This document shows positions 12,083 to 25,653 of a stretch of 64,000 bases of DNA, in pieces. This stretch comes from Callorhinchus milii (taxonomy: Eukaryota). The stretch lies in contig NW_024704743.1 of assembly GCF_018977255.1 (NCBI RefSeq), positions 104,224,001 to 104,288,000 of the forward strand, written 5' to 3'. A program made the translations under genes and the position numbers. The notes beneath the pieces were generated by a model. The model saw only the letters and a list, made by a program, of their open reading frames with translations. It ran no database searches and was not told the DNA's origin. Every line of letters begins with the position of its first letter. The first letter of the stretch is position 1.

Positions 12083-12290
12083 ATTAACAATAATAATCTT
12101 TGCATTTGATATAGCGCTTTTCACGTCTTCTAGATGTCTCAAAGTGCTTCGCAGAATAGACTGTAAAGTGAATTGACTGTATATTTGTGGGCGAATGGCA
12201 GTCAATTGCACACAGCAGTGTCCCACAAATAATCGTGGAATGAAGTGACCAAGTTATTATTGTTTTTTTTTCTTGAGGGATTATTATCAG
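12083..12290 (-). mobile_element. tRNA-SINE 3' half
   Basis: Matches the 3' half of the 42111 copy. Confidence 0.85.
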
Positions 12291-12362
12291 GAATTGGATT
12301 CAGTCTACCCAATCACACTTGATGTTGAACCCTTACATTTGATTGAGATGGGAGGATTCCAT

Positions 12363-12537
12363 TGTGCCAGTTTGGTTCAGCTGATAACACTTTTGCCACT
12401 GGATCAGAAGGTTGTTCAAGTCCCAGCTCTGAATTTTGAGCTCATACTCTAGACTGACAACCCAGTGAAGTGCTGGGGGGAGTTCTGCATTGTTGGTGAT
12501 ATTGTCCTTTGGATGAGATGCTAAACTAAGGTCCCTT
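12363..12537 (+). mobile_element. Deu-domain SINE (SacSINE/AmnSINE1-like) 5' part
   Basis: tRNA-like head followed by ...gcattgttggtgatattgtcctttggatgagatgctaaactaaggtccc (Deu core). Confidence 0.65.
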
Positions 12538-13649
12538 TGCATATTAGACTCACGATTCTTAAACTGTACTTATTTTTTATCCCAATTTAAACAAGAAACA
12601 ACATCAATTTAAACCCGGTGTCTGTTGGAACACGAATACTTTTGAACAAAAGTTCATTCAAAGTTTGGTGGAATTTTTCAGTGTTAAAGTGCTTGTGATA
12701 CCTGAATTAATTGTTAGCTAAAGTTTTACTGATGTACGGATTCTTCCTTAAATTGCTAAGGCAGTGAGGAGGAACTATTGTTTCGCCCAGCATGAATTTT
12801 AAATTCTCAGATGCCTAAAGGGGGCAGCCTTCATCTTTATAAATATTATAGTAGCCTGAATTGCCACAGTGTCCATTTAATGGGAAAGGCTCCTCTTGAT
12901 AGTTTTTCAAGCTGACAGCAATATAATCAGAACGTTTGGAAAATGGGAAAACATCGACACATGGGTCTGTGTTTAGCTTCAATGCGATTTTAAAAATTGA
13001 ACAAAATAATAACATTGCTCGGAGACCACTCATCCACTTAATGAATTCTTCAGGCCATTGATGATTCATACCACAGACAGCTCCACAGCTGCCACTAAGG
13101 GTGTAACCTAATTGACTGGCTGAACTGACCGGTTAGTTGAGTCCAGGGGAGTTAACAAGCTATGCCAAGGTTTCTCTTATCAGGGAGATGATTCAGTTCG
13201 TCAATGCACTCACCCTAGTAACTCAACCAAGGAGTGCAAGGCTTCTTCCTTGCTGGGGCAGAAGAACGTGTGAGGTCTGAAACTCAAACCTGCCTTCGAC
13301 AAGGTAAGATTCAATCACTTTGCCAGTTGCTGTGCAACCAGTTCACTCTGCATCAACAAAAATTCTAGTGCAGAAAAAAACATTCAAAACATATTCAGTG
13401 GCTTGAAGCATCATGGTAATCAATTAAAAATGCACAGATAACAAGATCCTGTGCCAGAGTTGCTCAATACTTAATGATTTTCAGGAGAGAAGCCTCTTCA
13501 TCTTGATACTGAAGTTTTGACAGAGTACAGCTAACTGCCTTGCATTACCTGACAAGTGTAGTGACTGTTTTGTAAGGCAGCATTTGTAATCTTCAATGTC
13601 CATCTGAAACAGATGGGATAGACCTTGGGTTCTGTCTCAACCGGAAAGA

Positions 13650-13900
13650 CAATAACAATTTAATTTATATAATACCTTTCATGTAAAGAGGTCATCTCTA
13701 AATGATTCACACAGCTGACTGGAAACCTGAGCTGGGGAGACAGGAGCTGAGGATGGGGGAGGATAGGAAGGTGGTTGAAAGCACTGTCAAAAAGATAGAT
13801 CTTTAAAGGCGGAAGGGAAAGAATAAGGCAGGTTCCGGGATGGAGTTAGGATGTCCTCCTGATGTGAAAGGCGCTATACAAATGTGATTTGTTGTTTTTG
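13650..13900. mobile_element. Old L2 3' end (minus) abutting an L2 tail (plus)
   Basis: Minus-strand tail at ~13650, then ggatgtcctcctgatgtgaaaggcgctatacaaatg at 13849-13895. Confidence 0.55.
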
Positions 13901-14844
13901 TTAGTGATAGTGGACGGATCGGGTCAGAGATATGAATCAGGCCAGTGTTTTCTGTCTCATCTGAATATATTTTCTACAGTGCATTGCTCCCCAGTGAGGG
14001 CCAGTCTAGATTGTGACCTAAGAGTTAATTTAACCAACACTGAAGCAAAAGTGCTACCAACTGAGCCCAGCTGATAGCTCATTATAATTGTTATGGGAAT
14101 GTAGTGACCATTTATAGTGGTTGGCTTTAATGTAAATGGAAACAGAGTTCTCAGTTTTTGTTTTATGCGTGAATAATAGATGATAGCATGAGTTACATAT
14201 TGTGTTGCTTTCTGTGAAATAACACTACGATTTTGGATAGTGCTCCACAGACAGTCTATATATCTCAATACTCCTGTCTGTTTGTTGGTGCCTTGAGAAA
14301 ACTATCTGGACCTGTCAAGATTGAAATTAATCAATGTGCTTTGTTATTTTGTGATAAACATCACTAATAAAAGGGAAAAGCAGAGGAAAATAAATTTAGT
14401 CACAAAATGGACCCTTTTTCTGTTGACCTGAAAATTCTAAGATGGATCATTTCCTGGTATTTTCTGCCTCCTAAAATCAATTGTTGTTATTGAGGCTATA
14501 AACGTTGAAAAAAAACTCCAGCGCATTCGTATTGATGAATGCAGAAACAAGCAATCAATAAAGGGTGGTTGCAGTGAAGATTTTTGTTTGCTGAACTGTA
14601 CATCAATCATTTTCATTGATTACCCGGTCCTATTTCAGTATGATTTGTCCCCTTGACAAGATGTTCTTCATAATCGCTGTAACTTAAATAGTATCGGTTA
14701 TCAATTATTGACATCTGAATATCTCATTTTGGAAGAAGACAATTAATTTGGAGCAAAGTGCAGCTTTGGCACTCACCTCTGCCCATTTCCTTGGGTTGCT
14801 TACAAAATACACAGCCACTTTACAGTAAATCCTGTTACATGCTT

Positions 14845-15095
14845 TCAGATTATAGGTGTTTAAAATTTTAAATGGGATTGAAAAAGTAAACCCAGAAAAA
14901 TACTTTAGGATGCACCAAGACAGTAAAACAAGAGGACAAGGGTTTAGAGTTGCAAAGTGTAATTTCAGGATAGACACCAGGAAGTTTTTATACCCAAAGG
15001 GTAATTAACGACTGAAACTATTTGCCAGGAAGGGTGGTTGAGATTAGTTGGACTGAAAGGCCTTCTTCATCCAAAATATTCTTGTGATCTTGTGA
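14845..15095 (+). mobile_element. Old CR1 3' end
   Basis: VFKILNGIEKVNPEKYF..TRGQGFR-like coding followed by 3'UTR. Confidence 0.7.
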
Positions 15096-15249
15096 GTTGT
15101 CCTGATATTGATTTGAGTTCAATGAGTTCTATTGAACTTAATAGACGACTGCAAAATAGAAACTGATGGAATAATTGGAAGTTACACCTCATGTATTAAC
15201 AAGCTAGAAAATCTCCAAAAAGAACAAGGGAAACAAGGAGATAGAAGAA

Positions 15250-15915
15250 GTCTTGACAGTGAGCATAAGAATATAAGAACATAAGAAATAGGAGCGGAAG
15301 TAGGCCATTCGGCCCTCGAGCCTGCCCCTTCATTTAATAAGATCATGGCTGATCTTCTAACCTAATTCCATTTACCTGCCCTTTCCGCATATCCTTTAAT
15401 CCCTTTAATTTTTAAAAATCTATCGATCTCAGTCTTGAATATGTTCAAGGACTGAGCATCCACAGCCTTCTGGGGTAGAGAATTCCATAAATTCACTACC
15501 CTCTGATTGATGAAATGTTTCCTCAACTCAGTTCGAAAAGGCTGACCTTTAATACTGAGACTATGACCCCTAGTTTTAGATTCTCCAACCGGGGAAACAG
15601 TCTCACACTATCTACCCTGTCAAGACTCTTAAGAATCTTATAGGTTTCTATAAGATCACCTCTAATTCTTCTATATTCTAGATAATATAGGCCTAGCCTA
15701 CTCAACTGTTGACAGACTATTCAGCTGTAGGGGACAACTCGATAGCTTGCCCTCACCCAATCCCACACATGTACATCTTTTTAAAAGAGGTTTCTGGATA
15801 GTGATTAGGAGCTGAAATCTTGTATTATTTTTCCCTTTCTAACCTGAGAACACAATTGAAATGCTCCTACTGCTGTCATGCCTGAGATTAGCTAACTCAA
15901 AACACTCTGGAATTC
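15250..15915 (-). mobile_element. AmnSINE2-like element, split by a CR1 insertion
   Basis: Minus strand gagttagctaatctcag..cagcagtagg..ttcagctcctaatcactatccag. The sequence resumes across the CR1 at gacagtgag|tgttgacag. Confidence 0.5.
15264..15706 (-). mobile_element. CR1 LINE 3' fragment
   Basis: ORF 15523-15705 (LEYRRIRGDLIETYKIL) and (TTCTTATR) tail. Confidence 0.9.
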
Positions 15916-16624
15916 CCTTGCAAATGAACATTGTTACAACCGATATTTTCCATTTATTTTCTTTGGAGGTCTAAAACTTCAAAATTAATTCCAATTGCAG
16001 GGTGAAATTTGTGACAATATTGAACCTGTTATGAATTGTCATTTATTTCTACCCATGTTTTAAAGACTGGCCAGGAAACTAAACACAATCACATATAATT
16101 AATTGATCCTATTTGCGATTTGAAATAAACTACAAAATATGAAATATCGGGAATACTCAGGCCACTGTGTTTTTGAATCTTGGAGGCTGCACTTGAGTGC
16201 TTCTGCACAGATTAGGAACTGGATTGTTATCTGAATTTGCAGCTGTACTGAAGCATCAAATCCGTTATTATATATCTTTTGGAAACTCTACACCTATATT
16301 TCTAAGTGCACTTCTACATTTATTTGTATACCTTTCAGCAATGATATTGCAGATCATTAGGCATCAAATTCCAAATCAAAGAATGTAAAATCAAGGGAAA
16401 GGAGAACCACATATTATGTATTGGTGTAAAAATGATGAATAGTTCCATTGTCTGTTTGTTCCAGAGTGGTTTAATTGTCATGGCAATAGACACAGCTTTC
16501 CCTTACAGATCCCAAACATCTCCAGTCATGTTTTATTGTTTGTTAAACAAGAATGAAGAAAGGTGATTCTTCCATTTGAGAATTCAGCGGGTTCAAAACA
16601 ACCCCTTTAAGAGCTTCCACATCA

Positions 16625-17185
16625 ATAATATCTGGTTGGGCCTTCCCAACTCTTCCCTTCACAAGCCGCAGATCATCTAGAACTCTGCAGTTCGTTTCCT
16701 CTCCTGCTCCATGACCCCATCACCCCCACCCTCGCCCGGCTCCACTGGCTCCCCATCCCTCAGAGGATAGAGTTCAAAATCCGCGGCCTCACCTTCAAGG
16801 TCCTCCATGACCTTGCCTCTTCCTACCTCTCTGACTTGCTGAACCCCTATCAACCTGTCCTCTCTTTCCGCTCAGCAGGCTCCAGCCTGCTCCACGTCCC
16901 CTGCCTGGCCCGCCCCACCATCGGCAGTCAGGCCTTCATCCTCTCTGCCCCCACCCTCTGGAACTCCATCCCATATTCCCTTCACCTCATGCCTTCCCTT
17001 GCCTCCTTCAAGGCATGTCTCAAGATTCTCCTCTTTGACCGTGCCTTCGTCCACCCTCCCTACCCTCCATCCTACCTTATCCCAATCCCCACCCCACCAC
17101 TCGGATCCAAATTCCTGACTGTATAGCACCTTGGGACATCCTCCTGACATGAAAGATGTTACATTAATGTAATTTTTGTATTGTA
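16625..17185 (+). mobile_element. L2 LINE 3' fragment
   Basis: ORF 16836-17126 is an L2 C-terminus; tail present. Confidence 0.9.
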
Positions 17186-18321
17186 TCTCAGCAAATCCTT
17201 TGAAACAATCATACTCAAATCAATGTATTAGAAACAACCTATCCTTTCACTTATTGTTTTGCGTTTACCTGGGCACAACATTCTACCCACAAATTTAGGA
17301 ATAACTCAATTTAAGATCCCAGTGGGCTTGCGCTGCTCTGTGGTTCTACACTTGAACACTCCAACCCATTTATAGAGTTACTCACCACCCTCTGACTACT
17401 AGTAAGAGCTGAAATTCAAATTTTAGTCCAAATTCTAAATAACATAAGAAAATAATACACTTGCAGAATAGATGCAGAGAATTGCATTCCAACAGAATGG
17501 GCGAATTTGTTTCTGAACCATGTTTTATACTTATAAATTGTGTGACGCCCTGATAAAGCACGTGAGACATCCTGAGTATTTATTAAAAGGATAACTATTG
17601 TCTGGTATACACCAGTTTGATAATTATCAGTAGTATTAATATCAAAAATTGCCTTTCTTATCCCACTGTATGTTCACTACGTAAATTATTTTTCCAGGAA
17701 AATAACCAGTTTTCAACAATGTAATTACATCAATTGAGCTGTATGACAGCTTGGAGCTGTGCTGAATGATTGGCAGAATTATGGTTGAGCTAACGTTAAG
17801 TACCCTTGCACTCCCAGTTTGTTTTAGCCGCTCACTTCAGACATAGATTGGTGACACGTCTACAACTCTGTGAAGTAAAATATCATGGTTATCTCTGATA
17901 TTCAGGCTGCAAAAGCTGTCCATGTTATTCACAGTGGGATACAGCAAGAAATCAATGGATAGACTTATGTGCCACATGTATTTAGTTGCATTACTATCAC
18001 ACAAACACTGCAGTCTGTGACTCTACATTGAAGCACCATGACTGCATGAATTGCAAGAGTTACAATTCTATTAACTGCAAAGTGATGTGTGAGGTTGGTG
18101 ACAAATGCACATTGACTCCTGAGCAGATTCATTACACTGTACAGTGTGCAAACAGTTCAGGGTTGGACACAGAATGTCAAGGATGGGTTATACAGATCTA
18201 TTATTATTTTCCACTACAGGCATTCCGAATGGTAATGGATTTACAATGTCATTATAAAACTGTTACTGCTTTTGTTCTTGTAGAAAGCGCAGATGTTCTT
18301 TTGACTCTTAATAATACTACT

Positions 18322-18552
18322 GATAATAATCTCTGCATCTGATATAACGCCTTATACATCATTGAGACATCTCAAAGCGTTTCACAGAATATAATGTAAT
18401 GTGGAGTGACTGTATTTTGTGTGCGAAACACGGCAGCCAAATATGCACAGTAGTGGCCCACAAACATTTGTGGATTAATGGACCAAATTTTCATTTTGTT
18501 TTGGAGGGATTATCACCCTCAGAAAGTGATCTGACAATCGACTAACAACCTA
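18322..18552 (-). mobile_element. tRNA-SINE 3' part (long subfamily)
   Basis: Tail plus caatcgactaacaacc segment. Confidence 0.75.
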
Positions 18553-18611
18553 ATAATGAAGACTAATAACTCTTCACTGTTATGAAACACATTTTGCTAT
18601 GAATAAAAAAC

Positions 18612-18988
18612 CTTTCGACTTCAAGATCCTCACTTTCGTGTTCAAAACCATTTACTCCCTGGCACCACCCTACTTCTCCGACCTCCTCACTCCCCAATCC
18701 ACCACCCTGGTGCCAGTCCATCGGAGGCTTGTCCCTCTCATCCTCCGCCCCACCATTGGAGGTTGTGCTTTCAACCACTACGCCCCAAAACTCTGGAACA
18801 CTCTCTCTCAATTCCTCTGCCTTGCCCCCTCTCTCCCCTCTTTCAAGTTCTGCCTGAAAACTTTCCTGTTCTACCGTGCTTATGGCCACCTCCCTCCTCC
18901 CCCCGGCTTGGAGTCAAGGTCCGCCATTGTTAAGTGCTCTGAGACGCTACCCTGCGTGGAGGGCGCTGTATAAGTGCAAGTTGTTGTT
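18612..18988 (+). mobile_element. L2 LINE 3' fragment
   Basis: ORF 18599-18973 (DFKILTFVFKTIYSLAPPY..APKLWNTL). Confidence 0.9.
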
Positions 18989-19859
18989 TCAACCAGTCAC
19001 ATCACTGACAGATTTATTGCAGGTACTGGAGACCGTAGATCTGTTGAAAAGGTTTATGGCTCAGAACCATAAGTTCATTGATAACTCTCATATAAAGTGC
19101 AGGTGGAAAGGTGACACTTGAGTAAAAATAAATGGAATAACAGAGGAGCTTGAGAATGGATCAAGCAGTAGGAATTATTAAGTGAAGTACAGCATAATTG
19201 ATGTTTTTATGCTATTTTTAAGCAGTTTTAACAGTAAAAAAAGGAAGCCTTTATTTTAGATGCTGTATATCCATATTGAAGATACTTATGCATTCTTAAT
19301 TGATTTTTCAACCAAGTTACTTTCTTGCTCTTGAGTAGGGTGTAGACATTTTAGTGCTGTACAATTTGTACAATGGTCAACATTTCAAAAATGTACATTA
19401 TAGAGAGCACGGCAGCATATTTACAAAATGAGTGCCACTGTCTCCATTTGTTCCTACGCTTCATCCTTGCAACCCTACCCTTTTGTTTTGTGTGCTTTCT
19501 CCCTTTTGATGTGCCTATTGATGCATATGGACTTTTTCAAAGTACATTTGAGTAAGGCTTCTTTATGCAATATTTCCAATGGTATTTCATAGAATAAAAC
19601 CCCATAACATTCATTGCTTCAAAGATAGCATTTGTTCATTAGAACTAAGTGAATGGTTCCATTTATTACATTGAACTGAATAATAATCCTTGCGATTGCT
19701 CCAGGGCCTATTGTGCAGCAAAATGTCAAAGCTCTTCATAGGGAATTTCATTTGAGTGTAATGACTGTGTATCTTTAGACAAAGTAAAGTCAAACATAAC
19801 TGGAACATAAACCTATATTTATATATATTAAATTTAGTGTGTCTAATTATTATTATTAT

Positions 19860-20215
19860 TCCATGAACACTGCCTTTGGTATCTCACCCATATCTGTTCA
19901 TGTGCGAGCAGTGGCAGTGAATGTCGGCTGTCCACCCAAACTGTGAAGGGCATCACAACTGAGCCAGATCGCTCCCATTGCAGCTCTCACATATATATAT
20001 ATCTATACACACACACACACACACCACACATACATTGTAGAGAGTGCCCAAAAGGGGACAAGAGGCAAAAACTAATTTTCTAACTAACGAATTTTCCCTT
20101 CCCTAATTCTGGGAAGACCAGGACCAATTTAGCCTGTTCATGTAGTGCTGACTCAGTCCAGCAAGCTCAGAATAGACCAGGACTCAATTAGCTCCTGGTC
20201 CATAAGCTGCAGTTC
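19860..20215 (-). mobile_element. AmnSINE2-like element
   Basis: Minus strand gttgtgatgcccttcacag..gccgacattcactg..cacatgaa..gggtgagatacc, with a (TA)n(CA)n expansion inside. Confidence 0.5.
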
Positions 20216-21099
20216 TATCCCTCTTTACAGCATCAGGCCTGTCCCTTTGAGAGAAAGATTTTTGTTCTGTACCATATATTATATCAGTCATTAAGAGGTT
20301 AAATGATTAATATATACAACTAGGTAACACGCTTGTTAACTTAATTGCACAGGAATCCTTTTTTTTGCTGTTACATCTATTTACTAATGTCCTATCACTT
20401 ATTTCACAGTCAAATGCAAAAAAAATAAGACGGGTAAGTGGTCAGATAGAAAAAAACAACCTGTGACTTTATGGTTACTGAGCATGTGCAATTCTGTATC
20501 TATAGAAATGTGTCTAATCTGGTTTGTTTCTGGCCTGACTGTCACTTGCATGCACATCTCTATTACTGTGGACCAATAAACTGTTTGAATGTGATTAGCT
20601 GAATATTAGGCTTGTTGAAGTACTGCACCAGAGTCTTGGTGTAGACTTTGAGCCAACATGGGGCTTGAACCCACAGCACATGCCGGCAGAGGTTAGAGTA
20701 CTTCCCACTGAGCCAGGCTGACACTCAATACAGAACTCTTTGAGCACAGGAAGGAGGCCTTGAAAGAGGTCAGATAATGCCATTGGATATAGACTAAACC
20801 TGCAAACCAATACTTTGATAATAGTCTTTACATGTATCGGTTTAATACTAGGATGAATTGAAATTATTTCTACACAGGCAGAATTTGTTAACACTTTATT
20901 TAGCTCCTAACAGAACTCTGAGGATTCACGTCATTTGCAATCATTATAATCAGTATTATATTAAAATGCCTACATTTTTCCTTTAATAGGAAGAAATTAT
21001 GAAGAAAATAGTTGGGAATCTCAATATGTGAAATTGGCAGGTGAAAAAAGGGGATTACATTTAGGAAATGTATAAACGGTTACTGTCTCATGTGTATCC

Positions 21100-21430
21100 T
21101 TAAATTTAAATCTCATCACCCCCCACTCAACCTCAGTGATCTCCAGCAACTCTATCAACTCGACTTCACTTAGCAAACACCAGCCTGCTTCATGTCTCCA
21201 CTTATATGTCCCATCTTTGGTGGGCAAGCTTTCAGCCATTCACCTCACTCTTTGGAATTGCATCCCTGCTCCCTCCCCAGTTTCAAAGCCAACCTCAAGA
21301 TTTACCTCTTTGTCTGCGCTTTCAATCATCAACTCTCTTCAGCTCCCCCTTTTCCCCCCAGCCAACTGTATCAGGCACTTTGAGACATCCTCCTGATGTG
21401 AAAAGCACTGAATATTTGTAAATTGCAATG
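21100..21430 (+). mobile_element. Old L2 3' fragment
   Basis: GGQAFSH..LWN-like coding and tail gagacatcctcctgatgtgaaaagcact. Confidence 0.7.
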
Positions 21431-21799
21431 TGCTGTACCATTGAGAGGGAAGAGAATAACTTTAAGATCTTGGCACAAATGCTGAAAAAAATAATTAATG
21501 GTAAGTACCTGGGCGATGGAAAATATTTAGAAGAAATTAGTTAAGGAAATGAGACTGGAACAATTTCAAAAGAGTTGCTCAATGTAAAATTAAAGATTAA
21601 AAATGGGGATATGAAATAAAACAACTGAAGATGCCAAAAAAAAACCTCAAATAATGTATGGGTCTTACAGGAAGTAAATCATCAGAAAAATGTCAAGTGT
21701 ATGCATGATGCTTTAATACTCCCTGCTTGCCAGCAAGTCATCATGGGTTTGGATGGAGGTGGTTTCAGAAATAGTATGATCTGCACTCACTACAGTTTA

Positions 21800-22020
21800 A
21801 TAATACTACAATAATAATCCTTGCATTTTATATAGCGCCTCAACATGCTGGTGAGATATCTCAAAGTGTTTCACAGTGTTTACTGTGAAGTAAATGTACA
21901 TTTGTTGGTGAAAATGGGAGCCAATTTGCACACAACAATGCCCCACAAACAGTCATCAAAAATAACCAATTTTATCTGGAGGATTGTTGCAAGGACATTG
22001 AGAGAAACTCCCTTCTCTAT
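21800..22020 (-). mobile_element. Deu-type SINE 3' part
   Basis: Tail plus ggaggattgttg..gagaaactcccttct. Confidence 0.6.
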
Positions 22021-24006
22021 GAAAAACTATAAGTGCAAATTGCAATGGGTTCTCTCCATTTGAGCTGCTGAACGTTTTCTGGGAGGTCCAATGGATGACC
22101 AGGTATTCTCAAGTGCCTTTTAATAGCATAAATTAACTGCATGTTCTTTAATAACATTAAAAGTTACAGCCCTGATTTGATTTGATGTGATGTGAAGGGG
22201 GAGTTGTAAAACCAGCATTCCCATTCCCCTTTACCATACCACTCAGAGTGATTGTTTCATTCTCCATCAGAATAAATGTAATCGATCAAATGATGAGTCT
22301 AGAAGAGTTTGTGTGTAGAATTTGAAATAACTTCAGACATAGTCTTCAGGACACCCAGCGTATTTTCTTGATTTCAGAGGAACGTTTGACCAAACTAAAA
22401 ATATATAAACGAATGGTTATTATGAAGCAAAAAAAAGGAATAGATTGAAGATAGATAAACTCAAGGCACTTATCTAGAAAAGTATCCAATCCAAGGAAAA
22501 TATAAATACTTTGGCTGAGATAGTACATACAGTAAACCTCACATAACTCACATCTGTTGGGACCATACATTTAATATGACATATGTAAAGCATGAGTTAT
22601 GTGAAACATGCTTCAGTCATATATAGATTTCTGTACCATGTTTAACCCATGCTATGGTAGTCCATTCTTTCCATAGACAGTACTGTACAGGCCTGGTATG
22701 ATAAATGTTCTTCTTGTTCTTGAGATAATCATACAAAGTCTGTGGGTTCAAATCAAATTTGAAGGCAATATTCCTTTATCATTTCATGATTTGCCTAACA
22801 AAATTAGAGAATTTGGTACTTCTCTTGCTAGGTCCTTGTCACTAATTTGTGTTTATTTGGGTTATTCGCATTACCTCATGCCATGATGGCTGGTCAAAAC
22901 CTTGTCTTCCGTACTTGTTCACTGTTCCGTATTGCACATGTGGTCCTTTGGCATTGCTGCCGGTAAGTGCCATGAGGGGTAAGGAATTAGGTTCCTGCAA
23001 TTGTCTCACTTGGAGGTCAAGAAGACATGAAAAGCGCTGTATCAAATGAAAGGAATATTATTATAATTATTATGGAGCACCGGGTATACTGCTTCAAGGC
23101 CGGTACGTGTACATGGGGTGAAGTGTCCCCTTCGCTCTCCAAATGATCAGCATACCTCTCCGACTCCACATGATCAGGTGGCACTCTTCCTTCTTTCAGC
23201 CCCCACCCAATGCTGTGCACGATGATGTTGACGCTACATTCTAGGAAGGAGGGCACGGAGATAATCAGATAGTCAGGATGCGAATGTGTGGTATTCTGTT
23301 GGACGTAAACACGGGAAATTACATTTTGACCTGGCAGCTGGTAAGTTCAGTAGTGGCAAGTACGGTAGTGGTGTTATCAGTTGCGCGTTTGTTAATTCGA
23401 CTAGTACGGATAAATTTAAGTTGATTTGATAGGAAATTCGACGGGACTTGGGCAGATGTATGATTTAGGCGATTATATGATTGATACACATCAGACTTAT
23501 GCGAGTTTTACTATAGCTAGAGTTGTGGGAATATACTAAAGCAATTTTAATAAAAAACAACCCGAAGCGGGTCTAGAACTGCAGAACATGTCGCTTAATT
23601 TCTCTTGGTGGCAAAATAGAAGAGACCATTAAAAAAAGATGAAGTAGACCACGGTGAAAGCACTTGGACTGTAATGAACCATCCTGCGGGCTGGGGTAAA
23701 CAGAAAGAGAATGTCACAGATAATACTAGTTCTTAATGAACATCTGTCTTTATTCAAAATGTACTTGTCCAAAATCAAACATTTGATTTCAGCCTCCTCC
23801 GCATAAATAAATCAGATTGATTGTCTTATAAAATGGCATCACCATTAAACAATGCAGAAAGTGCTCAAAATGCAATATACAGCAGTAGCAGAGAAGAGAA
23901 ATAATTTGCTACTGAGGAAGTACTCTTCTTCATTTACCATATACAGCACTTTACTTGCCGATCCAGAAATTGCATGTTATCTTCACTTTGCTGTTAGCCT
24001 ATTTCA

Positions 24007-24275
24007 GAGTCATGTGGTCAGAGCACTCGCCTTGCAAGCGAAGGACCCAGATTTGATTTCCGGCAGGGTGAAACCTTGGGCAAGTTTCCTTACTCTACAC
24101 GCCTGATAATAATCCTTCAAGAAAAAAAAACCAATAATAAATTGATCACTTCAATCCACGATTGCTTGTGGGACACTGCTGTGAGCAATTGGCTGCCGCA
24201 TTTTGCCCACAAATATATAGTCAGTTCACTTTGTAGTATATTCTGTGAAGTGCTTTAAGATGTCTAGAAGATGTT
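24007..24275 (+). mobile_element. tRNA-SINE (3' end lost)
   Basis: Head through gaagtgctttaagatgtctagaagatg. Confidence 0.85.
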
Positions 24276-24282
24276 TTAAAGA

Positions 24283-24407
24283 TTACTGCTAGATAAACAG
24301 CTAGGTGTGGAGTAAGTAAACTTGCCCAACATTTCGCCCTGCCGGGAATAGAATCCAGATTTCTCGCTTGCGAGGCGAATGCTCTAACCACTGAGCTACA
24401 GGACTCC
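24283..24407 (-). mobile_element. tRNA-SINE 5' part (long subfamily)
   Basis: ggagtcctgtagctcagtggttagagc head on the minus strand. Confidence 0.85.
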
Positions 24408-25334
24408 ACAGCTTTGGCTTGCATGGTCAATAAGAGGTGAGTGTGAAGGATCCTTGTCCCCGGTCTACATCCTCTTGTCCTGCGGTTAGCCAGGCTGGCT
24501 GGTCCATAATTAGCAATGCCCTGGAATACTAGAGTAATATAAATTGTTGATCACAACACTGGGAGAAATACACTTTTTTCATTAGTTTTATGGGATCTTT
24601 GAAGAACCATTCGTCTCCCCAATTATTCCTTCAATTGCACAGAGATTGAAAGGAACACTTTGTTTCCTGCAAGGAAAGAAAAGATTTATTATCCATGATA
24701 GTCTAACAGAAATTTGCCTTATAAAAATAATGATTAATTATGGTATAAATGGATAGTTTATTGCCTGCCGCCTCATGAAAGCCACTATTAATTATGCTTT
24801 AAATAGATGGTTGGCTTCCATTTGCTTATCTGATAGATAAAAGGTATTAATTGTAGTTAAATGAAATTTAATGTACTTGTCAATGTTTATGGGTAGAGAA
24901 AATGCTTACTTTTCTTTTATCAAATAGTAAAATCAATACGAGTGGATTTCCCATTATAATCAAGGAATAAAAAGAGGGCATTGTCGGATGCCATTTTTTG
25001 AGCAAAACTGTTCTCTGTTCAGTAGACAACACTATTCCCAAACAGAAGAGAATTGTTCCTGTTGTTATGGCCAAGGATCCTTTAGATTATTTAATCATTA
25101 CCTCATAGCTATTTGTGGGGACTTGCAACTGCAAATACATTTGTTTACTCCACATAAACAGTCACTACACTTGACACAAAGTAACTATTTGCAGACGGCT
25201 TTGATGTGCTTCAACTTGATAAGGTGAGTATAAAAATGAAGCTTTATTCTTTGAATTCATATTTGTGGTTATTTAATTCTTCACATCAAAGAGGAGAGGG
25301 CAAATTGTGTACATGTAGATTTTTATTTTAATAA

Positions 25335-25653
25335 ATGATAATAATAATCCTTGCATTTGATATAGCGCTTTTTCACATCTTCTAGACGTCTCAAAGTGCT
25401 TCATAGAATATCCTGTAAAGTGAATTGACCGTATATTTGTGGGCGGAATGCGGGCAGGCAATTGCGAACTGCAGTGTCCCACAAACAGTCGTGCATTGAA
25501 AATGACCAATTTATTATTTTTCTTTTGTTTTTGGAGGGATTATTATTAGTGTGTGGAGTAAGGAAACTTGCCCTAGGATTCGCCCTGCTTGGAATTGAAC
25601 CCAGGTGTTTCACTTGCAAGGTGAGTGCTCTAACCACTGAGCTACAGGACTCC
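25335..25653 (-). mobile_element. tRNA-SINE full length (short subfamily)
   Basis: Complete from head to (TTA)n tail. Confidence 0.92.
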
